Shown here: positions 49,111 through 58,870 of the stretch, in pieces
Layout: every line of letters begins with the position of its first letter
Numbering within the stretch: position 1 is the stretch's first letter
Origin: Candidatus Shapirobacteria bacterium GW2011_GWF2_37_20
GTDB taxonomy: Bacteria > Patescibacteriota > Microgenomatia > UBA12405
Assembly (NCBI GenBank): GCA_000989305.1
Contig: LBTB01000005.1
Span: 4,409-68,408, forward strand
DNA: 64,000 nt
Reading direction: 5' to 3'
Position numbers and translations under genes: made by a program
The notes under the pieces: generated by a model
The model's database searches: none
The model's input: the letters and a program-made list of their open reading frames with translations, nothing else
What the model was told of the DNA's origin: nothing

Positions 49111-49119
49111 TTTAAAAAA

Positions 49120-50235
49120 ATGGCAAAAAAAATAAAAGTTTCTAAAAAGAAAAACTCTGGCCCAATGACCATGGAAGAGTTGTTGAAGATGGATGGTGTG
49201 CAGATTTCCGGCTTAAAAAAAGGTCAAGATGTTAAGGGTAAGATTACTACCATAAAAAATAAATCCATTTTTATTGACATTGGCGGAAAAACCGATGCGG
49301 TGGTAATGGGCAAGGAATATGAATTTGTGAAAGATTATGTGGCAGACCTGAAGGTTGGTGATGAGATTGAAGTTCAAGTAAAACATCCGGAAAATGATAA
49401 AGGTCAAATTTTGGTGTCGATTAGAGGAGCTGCTTCCGGTTATGGCTGGAATTATTTTACAGAAAAAGAAAAGAACGAAGGTGAAGTAACTGTATTTGGA
49501 AAAGAATTAAATCGAGGCGGGGTAGTAGTGATTGCACCTTTTGGATTTTTTGGGTTTATCCCAGGATCGCAAATTGGGAGTAAATACGATATTGATCCGG
49601 AGAAACTGTTGGGGAAAAAGATTAAAGCTAAGGTTTTGGAGGTGGATCAGTCTAAAAATAGGTTGGTATTTTCCGAAAGATTAGTGTCTGAACCAAATAA
49701 AGTGGGCGAAGAGTCAGTGGCAATAGAGAACTTAAAACTCGATGATATTTTCCAGGCAGAAGTGGTTAGGGTTGAACCTTTTGGAATCTTTGTAAAAGTG
49801 GAAGAAAGTTTTGACGGGAAGCCAATGAAACTGGAAGGCTTGGTTCATATTTCTGAAATTTCCTGGGCGAAGGTTGATGACGTGACGGGGATGTTTAAGG
49901 CTAAAGATAAAATAAAAGTAAAGCTAGTTAATAAATCTGAGGGCCGTTTGCAATTTTCTCTAAAGAGATTAAAAGAAGATCCCTGGACCAAAATTGAAGA
50001 AAAGTATCCAAAAGATAAGGAGTTTGACGGTGAAGTAGTAAAAATCGCCAACTTTGGTGCCCTGGTCCGACTGGAAGAAGGAATTGAAGGATTGATTCAT
50101 ATATCAAAACTAGCTGGAGTGGTGTTGAAGCCAGAAGAAAAGGTTCAGGTTTATATTGAATCGATAGATGTAGGAAAGAGAAAGATATCGCTGGGACTGG
50201 TAAATACTGACAAGAGCAAGGTTATTTATAAATAA
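49120..50235 (+). CDS. rpsA: 30S ribosomal protein S1 (four S1 domains)
   Basis: Four repeated S1/OB-fold segments (G..V.G.V..I......FV.I), for example GQDVKGKITTIKNKSIFIDIG, FQAEVVRVEPFGIFVKV and FDGEVVKIANFGALVRL. Confidence 0.85.
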   Translation: MAKKIKVSKKKNSGPMTMEELLKMDGVQISGLKKGQDVKGKITTIKNKSIFIDIGGKTDAVVMGKEYEFVKDYVADLKVGDEIEVQVKHPENDKGQILVSIRGAASGYGWNYFTEKEKNEGEVTVFGKELNRGGVVVIAPFGFFGFIPGSQIGSKYDIDPEKLLGKKIKAKVLEVDQSKNRLVFSERLVSEPNKVGEESVAIENLKLDDIFQAEVVRVEPFGIFVKVEESFDGKPMKLEGLVHISEISWAKVDDVTGMFKAKDKIKVKLVNKSEGRLQFSLKRLKEDPWTKIEEKYPKDKEFDGEVVKIANFGALVRLEEGIEGLIHISKLAGVVLKPEEKVQVYIESIDVGKRKISLGLVNTDKSKVIYK

Positions 50236-50246
50236 GAAAAGGTTAG

Positions 50247-50276
50247 AAACCCGCTTCGAAAGAGGCGGGTTTTTTG
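50247..50276 (+). terminator. Rho-independent terminator after rpsA
   Basis: AAACCCGC-TTCGAAAGAG-GCGGGTTT followed by a T-tract. Confidence 0.6.
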
Positions 50277-50648
50277 ATATCATATGCCATGGTAAAAAAG
50301 GTGAAAGAAATTGAAACAATAAATAATAACGAGTTGAGTTATGATACAAAAACACTAATTACGGTGATTACTTTGGTGACGATATATCCCGTAGGTTTAA
50401 TTTTGATGTTTGTGTGGATGAAATGGGGCAAGTGGATTAAATTTTTAGTAGCACTTCCCTTGTTTTTAATATTGTTAATACCCTTATTTGTAGTATTGGG
50501 GGTGTTGACGGTGGTGTTTAGAATAATGTCTCACCCGGAAGACAGTATTAAGACCTTTGAGGTGATTCGGGAAGAAGTGAGGAAAGAGATGGTGATTAGT
50601 CCAACGGAGGTTGTTGCTAGTCCGACAATAAGAATGGTAAGGAAATAA
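50274..50648 (+). CDS. Small membrane protein (2 TM), hypothetical
   Basis: Two hydrophobic helices (LITVITLVTIYPVGLILMFVWM and LVALPLFLILLIPLFVVLGVL). The start probably lies at an internal ATG (MAMVKK or MVKKVK). Confidence 0.4.
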   Translation: MISYAMVKKVKEIETINNNELSYDTKTLITVITLVTIYPVGLILMFVWMKWGKWIKFLVALPLFLILLIPLFVVLGVLTVVFRIMSHPEDSIKTFEVIREEVRKEMVISPTEVVASPTIRMVRK

Positions 50649-50675
50649 TGCGAAAATGGTGGTATAATCGGGAAT

Positions 50676-51089
50676 ATGGCAACAAAAAATAATACTGAGT
50701 GTCTCAAGTCTAGTTTAAAAATAGATTTGTTCAAGGGAGAGGGATCTTTTCCTCAGCACCCTATTTGGGTATGTCCGTTAGGGGAAACTTGTATAACTAG
50801 GCCAGGAGGAAAAGGGGGAGAGGTTAGGGTTATTTTGGGTAGGGCTGAGAAAAAGTGGGGAGATCATAAAAAGATTTTTGGAGTAGTGGGTTGTAGGAGA
50901 GTGGAAGAAACAACAAAACAAAGTTATTGCGACTTTCAAGACAAGGAGATTGAGCTAAGAAAGATTAATGGATTACCAAGATGTATTACAAGTTGTGAAC
51001 ACTTGAAGGGTTTTCAGGGTTTTGTATTATTGGATGAGGGAGAAGATGTTGGTGGTTGTGGTAACAGCGAAATAGTTTATCAGCTATAA
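50676..51089 (+). CDS. Cys-rich hypothetical protein (137 aa, 9 Cys)
   Basis: ORF with multiple Cys residues (CPLGETC, GCRRVEE, CITSCEH, GGCGN) and no TM helix. Confidence 0.35.
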   Translation: MATKNNTECLKSSLKIDLFKGEGSFPQHPIWVCPLGETCITRPGGKGGEVRVILGRAEKKWGDHKKIFGVVGCRRVEETTKQSYCDFQDKEIELRKINGLPRCITSCEHLKGFQGFVLLDEGEDVGGCGNSEIVYQL

Positions 51090-51177
51090 TTGCTGGTATT
51101 ATCCGGTAAAAAATGTAGTGGCTTCATGAGAGGCGCTTAAAACGAAGAAAAGAGATAAAGCTTGATAAAATTAGGGT

Positions 51178-52479
51178 ATGAAAAGGAATTTAGAGACGAT
51201 ATTTGTATGTGCTAATTGTGGGAACGAGTTTTCGAAATGGGCGGGTCAGTGTAGTGCTTGTCATGAATGGAATAGTTTAAAGGAAGTTAAGAGTTTGGGA
51301 AAGAAAATAAAATCCGGTAGGGCGTCGGCAAGCGTCGCCCCTACATTAAAAAACTTAAAAGAAATTAATAGTGAAAATAAGAGTAATGTGGCTATATTTT
51401 CGACGGACATTAAGGAGTTTGATAGGGTTTTGGGTAAAGGAATTGTTCGAGGACAAGTAGTGCTTTTTGCCGGCGAGCCAGGGATTGGGAAGAGCACGTT
51501 GTTGACACAATTGCTTGGGAAAATAGGTGGATTGTATGTGGCTGGGGAAGAAACTGCTGAGCAAATTGCCCTACGGGTGGAGAGGTTAGGTTTGGACAAG
51601 GAAAAATTCGATATTTTAGAGACAAATATTGTAGAAGAAATTGCCGGGGTAATAGAACGAACAAATAATGTGTTCAAAATAGTGGTGGTGGACAGTATCC
51701 AAATGATGATGAGCGAAAATAATGCTTCGGTACCGGGGAGCATTGGTCAAATTAGAGAATCGACCTTTCGACTGGTGGAAATGGCAAAAAAAAGTGGGGC
51801 TGCAATTTTTATTGTAGGACACGTAACCAAAGAAGGGGAGATTGCAGGACCAAAAATGATGGAGCACATGGTGGACACGGTATTATATTTTGAGGGGGAG
51901 AGAAACGGAGAGTTGAGAATTTTAAGGGTGGACAAAAATCGTTTTGGTCCAACTGACGAAGTGGGGGTTTTTAAAATGGAAGAAAAGGGATTACGGGAGA
52001 TTTCTTCAGAAGAGGTAAGTCTAATTGATAATAAAGTGAGTCAAATTGGATCAACTGTAAGTTTAGTGATGGAGGGGACTCGACCGCTTTTGGTAGAAAT
52101 ACAAGCATTGGTAACTGAAAGTTTTTCGCAAATGCCAAAAAGAATATTTTCGGGAATTGATTTTAATCGGGGACAGTTGTTGGTGGCGGTGGCGCAAAAA
52201 GTTTTAGGGATACCATTATATAAGGAAGACGTTTTTGTGGCGGTCTCAGGTGGGATAAAAATTTCTGACCCGGGAGTGGACTTGGCAGTAATCGGAGCAA
52301 TATATTCGAGCTATAAAGACAGACCATACAAAAATGGAATAGTGCTGGTGGGGGAGGTAAGTTTGTTGGGACAAGTGAGAAAAGTAAAGATGGGAGAGAA
52401 GAGAACTAAAGAGATAAAAAGTCTGGGGAGGGAGATGTTGACTATAAATAGTATAAGAGAATTGAAGGAACTGATTTAA
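51178..52479 (+). CDS. radA: DNA repair protein RadA/Sms
   Basis: N-terminal C4 zinc finger CANCGNEFSKWAGQCSACHEW, Walker A GEPGIGKSTLL, KNRFG motif (RVDKNRFGPT), and a C-terminal Lon-like domain. Confidence 0.9.
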   Translation: MKRNLETIFVCANCGNEFSKWAGQCSACHEWNSLKEVKSLGKKIKSGRASASVAPTLKNLKEINSENKSNVAIFSTDIKEFDRVLGKGIVRGQVVLFAGEPGIGKSTLLTQLLGKIGGLYVAGEETAEQIALRVERLGLDKEKFDILETNIVEEIAGVIERTNNVFKIVVVDSIQMMMSENNASVPGSIGQIRESTFRLVEMAKKSGAAIFIVGHVTKEGEIAGPKMMEHMVDTVLYFEGERNGELRILRVDKNRFGPTDEVGVFKMEEKGLREISSEEVSLIDNKVSQIGSTVSLVMEGTRPLLVEIQALVTESFSQMPKRIFSGIDFNRGQLLVAVAQKVLGIPLYKEDVFVAVSGGIKISDPGVDLAVIGAIYSSYKDRPYKNGIVLVGEVSLLGQVRKVKMGEKRTKEIKSLGREMLTINSIRELKELI

Positions 52480-53183
52480 CCCCCGCTTTTAATGATAAAT
52501 TCGAATATCTTTTCCGGTGAGGAGAAATAATTGATTATTAGCTAGTTATCCACATAGTGTTGATAAGAGGGATCTTGAAGGGGTTTTGAGGCTAAAATGT
52601 ATGAAAAATAAAAATATAGGATTAGAGATTTTGGAGGGTTAATTTAATATAGGGTATAGACAAGTGAAAAAGGGAGTGATAAAGTTATGACAATGCTTAA
52701 GAAATGGTGGATGAAACTACAAAAGAAAGATAAGTGGGCTGAAGGACAGATTAAGGAGATGGCAAAATTAGGCGGGAAGCTGATTATTATGTAGGCAGAA
52801 AAAGGGATTGAGTATCACTCCGATGCTCGTCTAAAGATTCGATCGGAGTCTTGTTTTTAGGCAAAATTTCGTCGCTTGAAGCTTGAAATTTTACCTAAAA
52901 AAAAGAAAAAAAAGAAACAACTTTATCGATATTCTCAAAGCAGGTGGAACACGAATATTGTTGTTTCTTCAACATCTAAAATAGAGGAATGTGGCCCAAT
53001 TGTCAAATTGGCGGGTTTAAGTTGATATTAGTGTTGAGAGTAGCAGAGGGGGCAGGTCTGCTACTTTCAACAGTGAAATCATCGATGAGCGAAAAGTAAA
53101 TAATTTGACACCAGAGGAAGGATTTATTACAATAGAGCATTCCCTGAACGAGCAAGCTTGTTTTTTATAAGTTTTCCCAATAA

Positions 53184-54545
53184 ATGCCTAGAAAATCAAT
53201 GAAGACCGATGAGGTAGTGGCGGTATCTGCCGTCGTTAACAGTGAAGATAAAGACACCAAGGTCGTGTCCGACTTGGCAAAGAGCTCCGTCGAGACAAAG
53301 CCGGAGGTGGTTGCGCCTGTTGTAGTCGAGGCGACGAATAATCGGGTGGGAATCGTAAACCCCAAAAAAGTAAATCCACCAATTGTTGTGGAAACACCAA
53401 AAACAGTAATACCGACGAAAATTGAAAGTAATCCAGTGAAACTGGAGATGATAACCGGCGTTTTGGAAATTATGCAGGATGGTCAGGGTTTTGTCAGACC
53501 AAAATTTAATCCAGGATATAAGGATGCCGTTATCGGGTCGATGCAAGTCAGAAAATATGGTTTGAGGGTGGGGGATATGGTGACTGGTGTGGCAAAAGCA
53601 CCCAAGGATGGCGAGAAATATTGGGGTTTGGTTAGAATCGATAAAATTAATGGCTTGGAATTGGCGGCGGCGCAAAATAGAGTGGAATTTAAAGACCTGG
53701 TCCCAATTTATCCAATCAAGAAAGTCAGTTTGGAATTTGATAAATCAGTAGCATCAACCCGGATTATAGATATTTTTTGCCCGATTGGTTTTGGTCAAAG
53801 AGGAATGATTGTGTCTCCGCCTAAGGCGGGAAAAACAACCTTATTGAAGGAGATCGCGGCCGGAGTGGCGGCAAATTATCCAGAGATACATTTGATGGCA
53901 GTGTTGGTGGGAGAAAGGCCAGAAGAAGTAACTGACATGCAAAGATTTATTAAAGGTGAAGTAATTGCGTCTCATTTTGATCAAAAACCGGAAGAACAAA
54001 CCAGAGCGGCGGAAATAGCGATTGAAAGAGCCAAAAGACTGGTGGAAATGGGTAAGGATGTGTTTATGGTTTTTGATTCGATTACAAGACTGGCCCGAGC
54101 TTACAATTTGGCAATTCCGACCTCAGGAAGAACTTTATCGGGTGGTTTTGATCCGGCGGCTTTGTATCCTTCTAAAAAGTTTTTTGGTGCAGCCAGAAAA
54201 ATTGAAAACGGCGGATCTCTAACTATCATTGGAACAGCCTTGGTAGATACGGGTTCGAAGATGGATGAATTGATTTTTGAAGAATTTAAAGGAACCGGAA
54301 ATATGGAATTGAGGTTGGAAAGAAAGTTGGCAGAAAGAAGAATTTTTCCATCCTTTGATATTTTGAAGTCCGGAACCAGAAAGGAAGAACTATTGTTACC
54401 GGCAGAAACCTTGTCTAGGGTGATGGCAATGAGAAGAATGTTTGATAATCTAGAAGAGAAGGATCAAATGACGGAATTAATTATTGACCAAATGAATAAA
54501 ACGGATAATAATGAAGACTTTTTAAAAAAAGTCGGTAAGAGATGA
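53184..54545 (+). CDS. rho: Transcription termination factor Rho (with N-terminal extension)
   Basis: RNA-binding OB region (GVLEIMQDGQGFVRP), Walker A PPKAGKTTLL, the Q/R-loop region and Walker B VFMVFDSITRLARA. Confidence 0.9.
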   Translation: MPRKSMKTDEVVAVSAVVNSEDKDTKVVSDLAKSSVETKPEVVAPVVVEATNNRVGIVNPKKVNPPIVVETPKTVIPTKIESNPVKLEMITGVLEIMQDGQGFVRPKFNPGYKDAVIGSMQVRKYGLRVGDMVTGVAKAPKDGEKYWGLVRIDKINGLELAAAQNRVEFKDLVPIYPIKKVSLEFDKSVASTRIIDIFCPIGFGQRGMIVSPPKAGKTTLLKEIAAGVAANYPEIHLMAVLVGERPEEVTDMQRFIKGEVIASHFDQKPEEQTRAAEIAIERAKRLVEMGKDVFMVFDSITRLARAYNLAIPTSGRTLSGGFDPAALYPSKKFFGAARKIENGGSLTIIGTALVDTGSKMDELIFEEFKGTGNMELRLERKLAERRIFPSFDILKSGTRKEELLLPAETLSRVMAMRRMFDNLEEKDQMTELIIDQMNKTDNNEDFLKKVGKR

Positions 54546-55657
54546 AGAAAATAATAGAGTTGATAAAAGAGTATTTTGGATATGAAGGTCAGTTGATAAA
54601 ACAATTTTTAGGACTGCAGGGGCGGTTTTGGGTAGAAATCGGATCTTTATTTTTAGGCTGGGTAGTGAATATTAAGGATGGAACAGCAAAGTTAATGTAT
54701 AAACAAAGAGGACGTTTTTCTCAGAGTTTTGTGAGTACAAGTTTGGCAATTCTGTCTTTTGGGGCAGTTGTGTTTTCAGGAAATTTGGAAGATTTGATTA
54801 AGAGGGGGAGTAATTCTGAGGTGGGAGGTAGCGGCTATTTAATTATGGCGGCTGATAGCGGAACGGGTGGAGCGGAAACTTTGATTTCCGATTTGCCAAA
54901 AGGAGAGACAACTGAGTATCGGGTAGTGGAGGGGGATACGATTTCCAGTATTGCCCAAAAATTTGGAGTCAGTATTGATACAGTTCTTTGGGAAAATAAT
55001 TTAAAGTCAGTGGAGGCAATTAAACCTAAACAGATTTTGAGGATTCTTCCGGTGACGGGAGTTAGACATCAGGTAAAACGTGGCGAAACAGTTTATAGCA
55101 TTGCTAAATACTATTCGGTTGATGCTCAAAACATTATTGATTATCCTTTCAATACCTTTAGTAACGATGAAATATTTGCGTTAACGGCTGGGCAGGAGCT
55201 GATTATTCCCGAGGGAATTGAACCAAAAGAGACAATTACGGGGACAAGAAGTATTGCCAGAACGGTGGCTCCAATACCGGGAGTGGTGGGAGAGGGTAAT
55301 TATATGTGGCCAACGTCGGGGACGATCACTCAAAGATCTTCTTGGTATCACCGAGCGGTGGACATCGCTAATCGTGGTAATCCGGCGATTGTGGCGGCGG
55401 CAACGGGAACGGTGGTGACAGCAGGTTGGAACGGGGGCGGCTATGGAAATTATGTGGTTATTGATCACGGCAATGGCCAATCGACCCTGTATGCACATAT
55501 GTCAAATAATTCAATTGTTGTTAAAGCGGGAGATAAGGTGTCTCAGGGGCAAAAAATTGGTACGATGGGAAGCACGGGAAGATCGACCGGGACGCATCTG
55601 CATTTTGAGATTGTTGCTGGGGGAGCTAAGTTGGATCCACTGAAGATGTTGAAGTAA
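54542..55657 (+). CDS. LysM-domain M23 family metallopeptidase
   Basis: Two LysM repeats (YRVVEGDTISSIAQKFGVSIDTV and HQVKRGETVYSIAKYYSVDAQNI). The M23 catalytic motifs are HRAVDI and GSTGRSTGTHLHFEI. Confidence 0.8.
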   Translation: MKKIIELIKEYFGYEGQLIKQFLGLQGRFWVEIGSLFLGWVVNIKDGTAKLMYKQRGRFSQSFVSTSLAILSFGAVVFSGNLEDLIKRGSNSEVGGSGYLIMAADSGTGGAETLISDLPKGETTEYRVVEGDTISSIAQKFGVSIDTVLWENNLKSVEAIKPKQILRILPVTGVRHQVKRGETVYSIAKYYSVDAQNIIDYPFNTFSNDEIFALTAGQELIIPEGIEPKETITGTRSIARTVAPIPGVVGEGNYMWPTSGTITQRSSWYHRAVDIANRGNPAIVAAATGTVVTAGWNGGGYGNYVVIDHGNGQSTLYAHMSNNSIVVKAGDKVSQGQKIGTMGSTGRSTGTHLHFEIVAGGAKLDPLKMLK

Positions 55658-55718
55658 TAGTGCGGAGAAAATTTAATTTGGTATTGTCACCGGAACGGGC
55701 TTTTGTTAAGCTCATTTT

Positions 55719-57704
55719 ATGATTAAAATACTGCAAATGTATTTAAAGGTATGGTTATTGGTACTGCCGATTTTTTTCTTGCCGGTAGTTGTGGATAGTT
55801 TTGGTTTCGGGAAAAATTGGTTAATGCTGCTGACAATGTTGTTGGGAATAATAATTTGGGGGATGGCTTTGGTAATCAGAAAAGAAAACAAGATTTTTAT
55901 AGGAAAGGGCCTGGGGTGGTTGATAACTTTGACGGTGTGGGCGACAATTGTTTGGTATTTTGGGGAAGCTGGAGTGAGAATGAGAACTTTTATGGGAACA
56001 TCCGGTTTAGCGTTGATGTGGAGCATGACTATCTGGACGTTTTTGTGGATGCAGGCGAGCGAAGAGAAGGACGAGGGTGGAGAGAAATGGTTGATAGTTG
56101 CGGGAATTTTGGTAGCACTAAGTTCTTTGGTAGTATTTTTATTGCCGGCAGCTAAATTGCCAATTTCTTGGCCAAAACAAAACCCGATTATAAACATTAA
56201 TTCGGACTGGTCATTGACGGGTTCGGTTTTGGGAGAGTTGTGGTTGCTGGGTATATTGGGGACAATTTGGATAAAAAAACTGGCAGAAAAGATTAAGAGG
56301 AAGGAGGGGTATGTCGGAGAGATGGCGATAACGGCGATATTAGTATTGGTGTTATTTTTGGATGTTTTCAAAATGTTTAGAAGTGGTTGGAACTACCTCG
56401 ATATAAATAGTTCATGGACAATTGCCACAGAATCGTTAAAGTACCGACCATTGCAAGGAGTGGGGGCAGGAAATTATTTAGAGGCATTTAATAAGTGGAG
56501 ACCGGTGGCTTTTAACAACAGTAAAAACTGGTCAGGAAGTTTTGGATGGGCGGCCAACGGAGGATTGCAATTGTGGACGGAGCTAGGAATTGTGGGCTTA
56601 ATAATCGGGATATTGACAATGAGAGCTTTGATAAAAGGTCAAAAAAATAAAAGCAGAAAAATAGGAATAGCTTTGGGAGGGGTAATGCTGGTATTAACAC
56701 CATTTAATCTGGTGGGGTTGATGTTGATGATGTGGCTAGTGACAAGAGAAATAGAGAAGAAAGAAAGAAGTCTGATGTTAAAAGTCGGCGAAAAGGGATT
56801 GAACGCGGCACCAATTATATTGGCGGTGGTGGTGTTGCTGGGAAGTGGTTTTGGACTTTACTGGTGGACGAGAGTTTTGTTGGGTGAGACTTATTTGAAA
56901 AAATCATTGGTGGCGGCAGTAAACAATGATGGAGGGTCAACTTATATTTGGCAAATAAAAGCGATTACGGCTAATGCCAATAATGCTGAGTATAGAAGGA
57001 TCTATTCACAAACTAATTTGGCGTTGGCAATAGGGTTAATGAGTAATAAAGATATTACTAATGACCAGAAAGAAAAGGCGGCAGTGCTGATTCAACAAGC
57101 GGTGAGAGAAGGGAAGGCCGCGGTGGCTTTAGATACGAGGAACGCAAGTTATTGGTCCAATTTAGCTTCTATTTACCGACAGCTAGTGGGGAGTGTTGAG
57201 GGGTCGGCAGACTGGAGTTATGAGGCGTATTCTCAGGCGATAGGCTTAGATTCAGTGAATCCATCTTTAAGACTTGATTTTGGAGGCTTGCTATTTGCGA
57301 CAGGAAGATATGAGGAGGCGGATAGATTGTTTGAACAGGTGGTTTCTTTAAAACCTGATTTAGCAAACGGTTGGTACAACTGGGCATATACGGCAAAAAA
57401 TATGAATAAATTATCAAGTGCGGTAGCCAGGTTAAGCCAGGCGCTTAGTTTGGTGCCGATTGATTCCGGTGACTATGATAAAGCTAGTAAAGAACTTGAG
57501 GCCTGGAACAAAGAGTATGAAGCCCTGATAAAACAACAGCAAGGCTTACAACAAGAGAAAGAGGCAGAAACACTGAAACTACCAGAGGCTTTACCCGACG
57601 ACGGTAATAATAGTAGTGTGGTAGTGCCAACGGGTGGTTTAGAGCCGCCGGTGGTTGAGGTAACGCCGACACCTAGTGACGGCGGAGTGATAATAGAACC
57701 TTAA
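55719..57704 (+). CDS. O-antigen-ligase (Wzy_C)-like membrane domain fused to C-terminal TPR repeats
   Basis: The N-terminal about 420 aa is polytopic. The C-terminal about 240 aa has TPR-like repeats (YWSNLASIYRQLVG..., GWYNWAYTAKNMNK...). Confidence 0.5.
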   Translation: MIKILQMYLKVWLLVLPIFFLPVVVDSFGFGKNWLMLLTMLLGIIIWGMALVIRKENKIFIGKGLGWLITLTVWATIVWYFGEAGVRMRTFMGTSGLALMWSMTIWTFLWMQASEEKDEGGEKWLIVAGILVALSSLVVFLLPAAKLPISWPKQNPIININSDWSLTGSVLGELWLLGILGTIWIKKLAEKIKRKEGYVGEMAITAILVLVLFLDVFKMFRSGWNYLDINSSWTIATESLKYRPLQGVGAGNYLEAFNKWRPVAFNNSKNWSGSFGWAANGGLQLWTELGIVGLIIGILTMRALIKGQKNKSRKIGIALGGVMLVLTPFNLVGLMLMMWLVTREIEKKERSLMLKVGEKGLNAAPIILAVVVLLGSGFGLYWWTRVLLGETYLKKSLVAAVNNDGGSTYIWQIKAITANANNAEYRRIYSQTNLALAIGLMSNKDITNDQKEKAAVLIQQAVREGKAAVALDTRNASYWSNLASIYRQLVGSVEGSADWSYEAYSQAIGLDSVNPSLRLDFGGLLFATGRYEEADRLFEQVVSLKPDLANGWYNWAYTAKNMNKLSSAVARLSQALSLVPIDSGDYDKASKELEAWNKEYEALIKQQQGLQQEKEAETLKLPEALPDDGNNSSVVVPTGGLEPPVVEVTPTPSDGGVIIEP

Positions 57705-58837
57705 GGGTTAACTATCCACCATTTGAAGGTAACATCTTCGGAAAGAGGAGAGAGAAAGCCAGCCGAAAAAGAATCGAGGGACTTAGAAAGAAGTTCAAGA
57801 GATTGGTTTTTGCCGCCGGTCAAGACAGTGAGATAAACCTGGGAGGAAGGAGTAAGTTGGGAATTTTGAATGACGACTTGTTTTTGGCCGGAAGGAATAG
57901 TGCCAGTACCGGAGAGAGAGTTGGAATCAGTTTGATTTTTGAGAGAGATGTTTTGAGAAATTTCGGGAGCGGCGATTATAAGACTGGAAATCATTGAGGC
58001 CTGAAGAAGATTGCCTTCAGTGATAATAGAAGGTTGAGGGGCGCTGGTGGGGGTCGAGGGACTGGTAAAGTCGTTTTGGGCAACAATTTTTTCCAATGTT
58101 TTTTTTTCAGTTTCAACTTGAAGTTTTTGAGCGGAATCTGAGATTAAGGGGAGGAGGCGATTGTAGGTGGCCAGGGCGTCGGGAAGAAAACCGGCTTGTT
58201 GTTGAATGCGGGCCAGGTCGTAGAAATTCTGAGCCTTGGTTGGTTCAAGAGAAACGGTGGCTGAGAGATAGGCGAGAGTGTTTTGGAGATCGCCCTTTTT
58301 GGCATAGAGAGAAGCTAATTGTCGGGTAAGATCAGGAGAATTTTGATTTAAATTTTGAGCTTGCTGGTAATCACTAATGGCGGCGGCAATTAGTTGAGGT
58401 TGAGTGTCTAGGAGGGAGAGGTAGATCCGGCCACGTTGTTCGTAGCCACGGTAGTCAGAAGGTGATGTTTTGATAGCATCTGATGCGGCTATTATTGATT
58501 GATTAAGATAATTTATGATAGTTTGGTTATCACTTTTTGAGGCTTGAGAATCTAAGGCTTGGGTGAAATATTGCTGGGAAGCCAGAAGATAGTGTTGGAT
58601 TGATTTAGGAACCTGGGTGGGAGAGGGAAGAGATTCTTGAGATGGGAAATTGGAGGGGGGGGTAATTGAAGAAGAATTTTTGGTTTTTAATAAAATAAGG
58701 CCACCGAGAGAAAGGAGAGTGATTCCGGAAATAGAAAAAAGGGGGATAAGATTGATTTTTGAAGGAATTTGATCTGGTTTGGTGGGTGTTAGACCGAGAT
58801 TTTCGAGCTGTCGTTGCTGGTTGGGGGTGGGGTCCAT
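57701..58837 (-). CDS. Membrane-anchored TPR-repeat protein with a conserved C-terminal ~55-aa domain ending in WWIVNP
   Basis: N-terminal TM helix LIPLFSISGITLLSLGGLILL. TPR-like helical repeats (YEQRGRIYLSL, YDLARIQQQAG). The C-terminus VVIQNSQLTPSSQVYLTVLTGG...DVTFKWWIVNP is homologous to the C-terminus of the 62380..64000 ORF. Confidence 0.5.
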   Translation of the reverse strand: MDPTPNQQRQLENLGLTPTKPDQIPSKINLIPLFSISGITLLSLGGLILLKTKNSSSITPPSNFPSQESLPSPTQVPKSIQHYLLASQQYFTQALDSQASKSDNQTIINYLNQSIIAASDAIKTSPSDYRGYEQRGRIYLSLLDTQPQLIAAAISDYQQAQNLNQNSPDLTRQLASLYAKKGDLQNTLAYLSATVSLEPTKAQNFYDLARIQQQAGFLPDALATYNRLLPLISDSAQKLQVETEKKTLEKIVAQNDFTSPSTPTSAPQPSIITEGNLLQASMISSLIIAAPEISQNISLKNQTDSNSLSGTGTIPSGQKQVVIQNSQLTPSSQVYLTVLTGGKNQSLELLSKSLDSFSAGFLSPLSEDVTFKWWIVNP

Positions 58838-58870
58838 GGATTTATTTTAAATGATTTGTAATTTAATACA

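Noticed and set aside
52546-52554. Isolated perfect DnaA box TTATCCACA between radA and rho
   Set aside because: It is a single box 35 kb from the dnaA locus with no cluster or AT-rich DUE nearby. It is most likely a chance occurrence or a minor DnaA-regulated site.
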